From positions 5,325,785-5,371,660 of the forward strand of contig NC_068985.1 in the NCBI RefSeq assembly GCF_001194135.2: 45,876 nucleotides of DNA, given 5' to 3'. The notes under the pieces were generated by a model. That model saw only the letters and a list, made by a program, of their open reading frames with translations. It was not told the DNA's origin and did not search any database. This DNA comes from Octopus bimaculoides (Eukaryota). Below are positions 37,742 to 45,876 of the stretch, piece after piece (the first letter of the stretch is position 1; every line of letters begins with the position of its first letter). A program made the position numbers and the translations under genes.

Positions 37742-38787
37742 GATATATATATATATATATATATACACAGATCGCAAAACATTAGGTAAAAGAAAATATA
37801 CATTCGTATGTGTACAGACACATACGCATGTATGTATGTTTGTATATATGTATGTATGCACATATAGATATATGCACACATACACACTTACATACATGCC
37901 CACATACACGCTTACTTACATACACACATACACATATTATTTACCTAATATTACCACGACCACAGATGTTTACCGAAGAGTAAAATAGATCATGCGATAT
38001 ATTTGTTTTGGTTTCACAGCAAAGTCTCTCAGCGCCAGGTGTGAATCATTTCAGAGTCTCAGGTGTATTTCTTCCTCACTTCACTTACATCGCAAATGAG
38101 TTTCATGAATATCAAATACAAACTCATATTCCATCGAATAAATCCAAGAATTTTACCTGCATTTCAAATCAATAACGAAGGTTTAAAATTAAACTGGAGG
38201 TTAGACTCACTCACTCACATGCTACAGTCTGTTGCTTTCAGACAAACTGAATTTCTCCATCTAATATAACGTTATTGCAAATGAATGATACAACGCCATC
38301 TGCTCCTCTAAATAGTTAATGTGTCTACCCATTTCACACCAGCTACCGCTTCCTCTCGTCAACCTTAGAGTTTTTAGCCCTAGGCACTGCAGTAACTTCA
38401 TTGTATTCAGTCATTTTCAATGCACTGCTGGATGAAAGCCTCAACAACTGTTACCAGCTTATTATTCCTGGTTCTTGATCTTTGTTTAAGCAGGCTAATT
38501 GCGGGTTGGACAGAGGACTTCTTGTGGTCGAGTGGTCATCCTGGACATCGATGCCTATAAGTAATTTTGGAACGCAAGAATTAGGTTCAGTTACCCTAAG
38601 GCATTTTGTAGAACGCTCTAACAATCCTACCAACTGCCGGAGCGGAAAGGATGAAAGAAAAAAGCCTCTTTGAGTGCGGAGAACCAGAACGAATACTGCA
38701 ATCTTATATGAAGTTCTAATAATTCTTTTAATCCATTATACTAACACATTTCTCTCAAATCCTTCCTTCATTCATTTACATCATATC

Positions 38788-38988
38788 GATTTCAAATTTT
38801 AACACAAAACCAGAAGTTTATGGGGATCGGGTATGTCGATTGCATCGACACCAGTACTCAACTGGTACTTATTTTACCGACCCCGAAAGGATGAAAAGAA
38901 AACTCGACCACTGTGGAATTTGAAGTCAGAATGTGAAGAAGGATGAAATACATTTCGCCCGGCGTGCTAACCATTCTGCCAGTTCGCC
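38788..38988 (-). mobile_element. SINE family B
   Basis: Reverse complement reads ggcgaactggcagaatggttagcacgccgggcgaaatg...ctttcatcctttcggggtcg. Confidence 0.85.
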
Positions 38989-40728
38989 GCTTTATTCATT
39001 AACAATATATTCCTAATAATTATTCTTTGTTTGTGGAACGCACATAAGGTGATGCAACTAGATATTTTACAAACACTGGCCCGTTTTGTTCTCTATATAA
39101 ATATGTGTGTGTGTATATATATCTGTGTCTGTGCCTTTGTGTGTATGTGTGTGTGTATGTGTTTCAGCAGGATGTATTAGGAGGTCATTTGGCAGAATCT
39201 CGAGGAACGTAAGACAAAAATGTCTGACAGAGGTTGATCCGACTCTTTGCGTTCTAACTTCAATTCCCATAAGGATGAACGATAAACTAAAACCATTGAA
39301 ATTCTGGCATCGATTCTTTTGTCTCAATATCTGCTGTGCTGTATTGTAAAATTTCTCTTAGGGGACTACTGTTATTTTTCTTTGTCTCAAAGAACAGGAA
39401 TGAAGGACCAATGATTAAAAATCTCTTCTCATTTGGTAGGCATCAAAATCTGTCTAGGTGAAATCAAAGATGGCCGATGTAGACAAAATAACGTGTTGTA
39501 ATGTACAGCAGGATGAGATAACATCAATTTTTAAAAATACAAAGTAAAATGCATTAATTTGCTAAACTTATATATCTCAACGAAAACAAAATACATTTAC
39601 GTAAATTACATCCTTTGCAGCAGCCATTTTAAAGGATGTAAGTATGATTTAAAATCCGGATAAATAAGGCCATAGAAAATTTGAGATTGGGAAACAATAC
39701 GATTAGGTGGGAAACACACTCAGGACATAGCTATATGCCTTCTTAATTCTATCCACCGATTACTCATGAGTAAAATATCCCAAAATGATTTCCATTCCAA
39801 TGTGTGTGTGTGTGTGTGTGTGTNNNNNNNNNNNNNNNNNNNNNNNNNNNNNNNNNNNNNNNNNNNNNNNNNNNNNNNNNNNNNNNNNNNNNNNNNNNNN
39901 NNNNNNNNNNNNNNNNNNNNNNNNNNNNNNNNNNNNNNNNNNNNNNNNNNNNNNNNNNNNNNNNNNNNNNNNNNNNNNNNNNNNNNNNNNNNNNNNNNNN
40001 NNNNNNNNNNNNNNNNNNNNNNNNNNNNNNNNNNNNNNNNNNNNNNNNNNNNNNNNNNNNNNNNNNNNNNNNNNNNNNNNNNNNNNNNNNNNNNNNNNNN
40101 NNNNNNNNNNNNNNNNNNNNNNNNNNNNNNNNNNNNNNNNNNNNNNNNNNNNNNNNNNNNNNNNNNNNNNNNNNNNNNNNNNNNNNNNNNNNNNNNNNNN
40201 NNNNNNNNNNNNNNNNNNNNNNNNNNNNNNNNNNNNNNNNNNNNNNNNNNNNNNNNNNNNNNNNNNNNNNNNNNNNNNNNNNNNNNNNNNNNNNNNNNNN
40301 NNNNNNNNNNNNNNNNNNNNNNNNNNNNNNNNNNNNNNNNNNNNNNNNNNNNNNNNNNNNNNNNNNNNNNNNNNNNNNNNNNNNNNNNNNNNNNNNNNNN
40401 NNNNNNNNNNNNNNNNNNNNNNNNNNNNNNNNNNNNNNNNNNNNNNNNNNNNNNNNNNNNNNNNNNNNNNNNNNNNNNNNNNNNNNNNNNNNNNNNNNNN
40501 NNNNNNNNNNNNNNNNNNNNNNNNNNNNNNNNNNNNNNNNNNNNNNNNNNNNNNNNNNNNNNNNNNNNNNNNNNNNNNNNNNNNNNNNNNNNNNNNNNNN
40601 NNNNNNNNNNNNNNNNNNNNNNNNNNNNNNNNNNNNNNNNNNNNNNNNNNNNNNNNNNATATATATATATATGTATATGAGTATTTATAAATATGCGTGT
40701 GCGTTTATGTATATAAATATATATATGC

Positions 40729-40800
<72 letters not shown>

Positions 40801-40895
40801 GATTGCAAGTATACAGATATGCATACACATGCATACATATATTTATATCACAACTTGGTTTGAGTGTTTTGAATGTACAGTATATTCTCTTGCAG

Positions 40896-41076
40896 TATCA
40901 AGCAGTTTAACTTGCGTTTCATTGCTAATGCTCTTGAGATAATCGTCAAAATGTCTATATTCAACCGACAGATCAATATCGAGGCTAATGAGCCACTTGG
41001 CAAATATGTGAAAGTCCCTTATGATAATCACGATGTATATTTCATATTCGATATTTCTATATCTTTCAATAATTAA
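40896..41076 (+). CDS. Weak candidate downstream exon (IKQFNLRFIANALEIIVKMSIFNRQINIEANEPLGKYVKVPYDNHD...)
   Basis: Acceptor atattctcttgcag; starts in phase 2, compatible with the 31524 donor. The 3' boundary is uncertain (weak donor at 41034 or stop at 41076). Confidence 0.3.
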
Positions 41077-41479
41077 AAAGAAATTAACATCCATCCATCA
41101 ATCTGGATCTCAATTTTCCAAAAGATAAATTCAATCCTGTTTCATTCTCTTCTCTCTTTACTCCAAGGTCTAACTCCTTGCCTTTTCTTGATTCATTAAC
41201 TCAAGCATTAAGCCACTCACTCACTCATTCACTCACTCATTCAATCAATCAATCAGTCAATCAACCACTCATTCGCCGACCGACTTCTGTATTTCACTTA
41301 ACATCCAACCGTTTTAAAGTACTCCCGCTGTCACTCACTGTCTCATTTACAAACTCACTGCACTCATTCAGTCAGCTTATCACTTCACACACTCTCACCT
41401 ATGCAAACCTTCATTTGTTTACTTCCTAACTGTATGCACTTTCCCTCACGCGGTCTCACTCACTCATTCACTCACCAGT

Positions 41480-41700
41480 TCCCGTACTCACTCACTCCCT
41501 CACTCCCTCTTTCCCCTCCCTCTTTCCCCTCCCTCTTTCCCCTCCCTCCTTCCATCCATCCTCCCTCCTTCCTTCCCTCTCTCCCTCCGTCCCTCACTCA
41601 CTCACTCACTCACTCACTCACTCACTCACTCACTCACTCACTCACTCACTCACTCTCTCACTCACTCACTCACTCACTCACTCACTCTCACATATTCTCA
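41480..41700. repeat. CT-rich tract plus (TCAC)n microsatellite
   Basis: Seen directly. Confidence 0.9.
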
Positions 41701-42078
41701 AACACTCACCCATTCATTATCACTAAACCATTCACTCATATACCTACACACAGATTCACTCACCAAGAGTCTCACTCATTCCACTGCCTGACTCACTCAC
41801 ACACTATCTTTCCCCTTCCCCCTCCCCTCCTTAGCTACTGGTATCATTAACTGACTGCTAAAATACATCCTCCACAATATCTCTACCCTTATCTGCCTCA
41901 GCTCCAAATCAATAATACACGATTCGATTTCTTTCTGTTGTCATATTCGATTTTACAGTTGAGGAAATGCTGCCTACAAAATTTACTCTTTTTCATACAC
42001 TGCTTATACATATTTAATCACTTTCTTATACGATCTAGTGTTTTTAATGCGTTTTGTTATATATAAACATGCCTTCCT

Positions 42079-42127
<49 letters not shown>

Positions 42128-43348
42128 NNNNNNNNNNNNNNNNNNNNNNNNNNNNNNNNNNNNNNNNNNNNNNNNNNNNNNNNNNNNNNNNNNNNNNNNN
42201 NNNNNNNNNNNNNNNNNNNNNNNNNNNNNNNNNNNNNNNNNNNNNNNNNNNNNNNNNNNNNNNNNNNNNNNNNNNNNNNNNNNNNNNNNNNNNNNNNNNN
42301 NNNNNNNNNNNNNNNNNNNNNNNNNNNNNNNNNNNNNNNNNNNNNNNNNNNNNNNNNNNNNNNNNNNNNNNNNNNNNNNNNNNNNNNNNNNNNNNNNNNN
42401 NNNNNNNNNNNNNNNNNNNNNNNNNNNNNNNNNNNNNNNNNNNNNNNNNNNNNNNNNNNNNNNNNNNNNNNNNNNNNNNNNNNNNNNNNNNNNNNNNNNN
42501 NNNNNNNNNNNNNNNNNNNNNNNNNNNNNNNNNNNNNNNNNNNNNNNNNNNNNNNNNNNNNNNNNNNNNNNNNNNNNNNNNNNNNNNNNNNNNNNNNNNN
42601 NNNNNNNNNNNNNNNNNNNNNNNNNNNNNNNNNNNNNNNNNNNNNNNNNNATATATAAAACGGAACAAGAGCGTAACAGAGGACAATGAAAACATACGGA
42701 CAGATGGGCGACACAAGGACGGGCAGGAAAACTAGTTCGGAACATTCCTGGCTTTCTATTCATCAGTCAAGTTTTCCAATTATCACTACAGTTTCGGCCT
42801 GTTACACTTGAGACTGTTCAAAATTGATAGGCTCCGAAAATCCAAGCTAAGGGCATTAAATTTTTGGAAGAAAGCGAGCGAATATGTACGACAAGACGGA
42901 CAAAAATAAAAACGAGAAAATAGAGAAAATGTTACACGATTACAAATCGAAACAACAAGAATAACAATAAGTATCCTTCGACTAAAATGACAAAATGACT
43001 AAAATGGCGTGTGAAGTGGAAGCCTTACGGCAACACTCTCTGCTCATTTCCTTCCGCTAAGTTTACAATGATGTGTGCAACATCTGAGCGGATTGACTTG
43101 TTTCTTCTTCTTGAATGAAGAAGAATTTTTGGCCGAAGCGTCGATGATTTGAATTTTTTTCACGGAAATTGCACTTATCTTTATTAGTTACATGTACAAC
43201 ACCAACTTTCCGGAAGCTTTTGCTTCTGGGTTACTGAATTTTCGGAGCAAGTGATGATCACCTCTGTATTAAACATATCTTAAATTTACTTAAATAATCA
43301 AGCGAAATACACGTTCCTGTATTAGCCTAAATGATACGCCTTTTTCAG

Positions 43349-43487
43349 TAGTGTACTGTGCAAGGTAACTGCACAAGGTAGCAGTAAACTCGTCCGGTGG
43401 ATGAAGAAATTTGAAGCTCCTGCTCGTAAATTAAAACGGATTATAAGAGATTCCGGTCTTAAAGTCACCGAAGAATCTGTGTTATAG
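43349..43487 (+). CDS. Weak candidate terminal exon (SVLCKVTAQGSSKLVRWMKKFEAPARKLKRIIRDSGLKVTEESVL*)
   Basis: Acceptor cctttttcag; phase 2 start; 45 open codons. Also contains an internal AAG|GTAACT donor. Confidence 0.3.
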
Positions 43488-43604
43488 CTGCGCCATATTT
43501 ATACTTCTAATTGATTACTTCCAAGTTTGATGTGAACATAAAAAGCATAATCCATCATTTTTACGGCCTTATAATTAATATATGAACATACACGTATATC
43601 TTTT

Positions 43605-44387
43605 ATTTTTTGCTTGTTTCAGTCATTTGTCTGCGGCCATACTGGGGCATCGACTTCAAGACATTTTTAGTTGAAAGAATCGAACCTTGTACTTATATAT
43701 ATTTTTAAAAATCTGGTACTTATTCTATCGATTTCATTTTCTCAACATTTAAGTTACGGGGACATAAACACACCAACACCGGTTGACAGTTGGTAGGGAG
43801 TGGAGAACAAACAAAAACAAAAAGACACACACACATATATATAGTTATTATTCTTAAATAACAATGTTGTTGACAGTGGCATCGAAGTTTCGGCCAGTTA
43901 AGCCATCGTCAGTCGAAACTTCTTGTTTAAGAATAATAAATTTATACTCTACAAATGTACTGAGTAATCCATGAGATTAATGCAAAATTTGAATTATCAT
44001 AACTGAGCAAAAAAACAAACAGTAAAACACGCACACACACATATACATACATACATACATACATATATATACATACATACATATATATATATACATACAT
44101 ACATATATANNNNNNNNNNNNNNNNNNNNNNNNNNNTATATATATATATATATATATATGGGTTCGGCTGCTTAACATTGATAAGGGGCAACACCCTGAA
44201 ACTAGTCTGCAGATGCCAAACCAGCAAGGGGAAGCAGCTGACCTCCCCAGTTCGAAGTTTATAATGGACACACGTTCGTGTGTCACATAGCTAGCTAGAG
44301 GTGATGGCCTCTTGGAGCTAATCAACGGCAGCATTCGTCCTATTTTTGGGACTGCCATGTTGGCTTGGCGATAACTATTATATATAT

Positions 44388-44464
<77 letters not shown>

Positions 44465-44630
44465 CACGATAGATTACTTTTTTGTTTCCCCCTATCGAAT
44501 CCACTCACGAGGCTTTGGTCGGCCCAAAGCTGTAGCAGAAGACACTTGCCCAAGGTGCCACGCTGTGGAAGTGAACCCAGAATCATGCGGTTGGAAAGCA
44601 AGCTTCATACCACACAGCCACGCTAGCGTC
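43605..44630 (-). mobile_element. SINE family A split by insertions into its internal microsatellite
   Basis: 3' half at about 43605-43830 and 5' half at about 44465-44630 are collinear on the minus strand. Confidence 0.8.
44166..44217 (+). ncRNA. Candidate minimal type I hammerhead ribozyme
   Basis: UUGAUAA (44178-84), stem II GGGG-caaca-CCCU, GAAA, C-ua-GUC (palindromic ACUAGU), cleavage predicted after 44207; bulged stem I (ggcugc/gcagaugcc). Folded by eye. Confidence 0.6.
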
Positions 44631-45406
44631 TATATATACAGAGAAAGGAAAAGACAGTGGGAGGAGGGGAAAAGTGAGAAAGGTAGAAGAAAGAGGAAGG
44701 CAGATAGTTCTCTGAATTACAACACGTACATCGTATGTCACGTATATTCCTATCACTGACGATCATAAGGACATTTCAATGAAACGTTAAACTCATAAAA
44801 ACCATTGGTTCCTGCCCATATTTCTACGCCAGTAGAGCCGTCAACACAAACATGTTGGATGTTCTTGCCACCCGTGTTTAATAGTATTTGGAATTGCAGA
44901 TGTAAAGCTGTTTATAAGCAGCAATACATCTTCCGTGTTTACAGGATTCTATTTTTACTCCTCTCTCTCTCTCTCTATTGTATATATACATTTATATATG
45001 TATTCGTGTTTTTGCGTTCGTGTGTTGATCTTTATCTAGTAATTCAAGCAAACGATTTGGGGCTACAATATATGTATGTATGTATTTATCCATATATGTA
45101 TGCACGCATGTATGTATGTGTCTATGTGCCTGTTGGTCTGCTTGACTGTCAATCTGTCTTAAATTATTTTCTTGCACAATCTCTTCTTCTTTACCTCTTA
45201 TACAAATCCTTACAGAATTTAAGTGTGTTTTGTGAACCCTTCTATATGTACATATAAACATTCACACATATGTAATTATATGTGTGCATACGCGCACACA
45301 TAAAGACACACATACACACACACGCACACACACAAATATATATACATACATATATATATACATACACACACACACACACAGACACACACACACACACACT
45401 CACACA

Positions 45407-45447
<41 letters not shown>

Positions 45448-45518
45448 NNNNNNNNNNNNNNNNNNNNNNNNNNNNNNNNNNNNNNNNNNNNNNNNNNNNN
45501 NNNNNNNNNNNNNNNNNN

Positions 45519-45567
<49 letters not shown>

Positions 45568-45876
45568 GTGTACATATATGTGTTTGTATTTTGGTTTTTA
45601 TGTACTTGACATTGTTCTATTGTCAAAGAACTATTGGACCAGAAAGCGATTTTTCAATGAAAGTTCTTCCTTTTGCTAAGCAACAACGATTACCTTTATT
45701 CCCACAAGCTTATCAAGAATTCGGCTGATTCCATAAAATGGTTTTAAGATTGTTGTCTTGTCTTGAAATTATTTCTTCTGAACCAATGAACCATGTATAC
45801 TTAATGATCACATTCGTACATACATGTATACATACATATACAGACATACATACATGCACACATACATGTATATATA

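Noticed and set aside
35247-38673. Short open frames at 35.2, 36.1, 38.0 and 38.5 kb as exons
   Set aside because: Open on both strands or phase-incompatible with the 31524 donor; they cannot be distinguished from chance.
32355-42830. ttga-stem-cgaaa motifs in the two unclassified repeats (32355-32420, 42785-42830) as ribozymes
   Set aside because: The core lacks a C3-G8-type pair and a valid UH site; at most these are remote remnants.
44756-44795. CTGACGA...GAAACGTT
   Set aside because: No stem II can form between the two motifs.

Overview
AT-rich, repeat-dense animal genomic DNA from a draft assembly (16 N-gaps, about 6.5 kb, mostly flanked by microsatellites). The tRNA-derived SINE families and microsatellite load look like octopus/coleoid cephalopod DNA; this is inferred from recalled repeat sequences, not from a search. 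Almost every entry in the ORF track is an artefact of microsatellites or N-runs. Real content: several SINE families, often nested and some with target-site duplications; decayed LINE fragments (CR1-like, RTE, Tx1-like); Tc1/mariner and hAT (Buster/Charlie-type) remnants and MITEs; two long palindromic elements; and probable exons of an unidentified plus-strand gene at about 29.4-31.5 kb, with weaker candidate exons downstream. The most interesting signal is a candidate minimal hammerhead ribozyme at 44166-44217 (U3-A8 core covariation, palindromic ACUAGU stem III, GUC site) inside a ~220-nt hairpin-rich insertion. Further degenerate hammerhead-like cores suggest Penelope-like or retrozyme elements. 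There is no evidence for CRISPR arrays, rRNA or real tRNA genes. All alignments and folds were done by eye.
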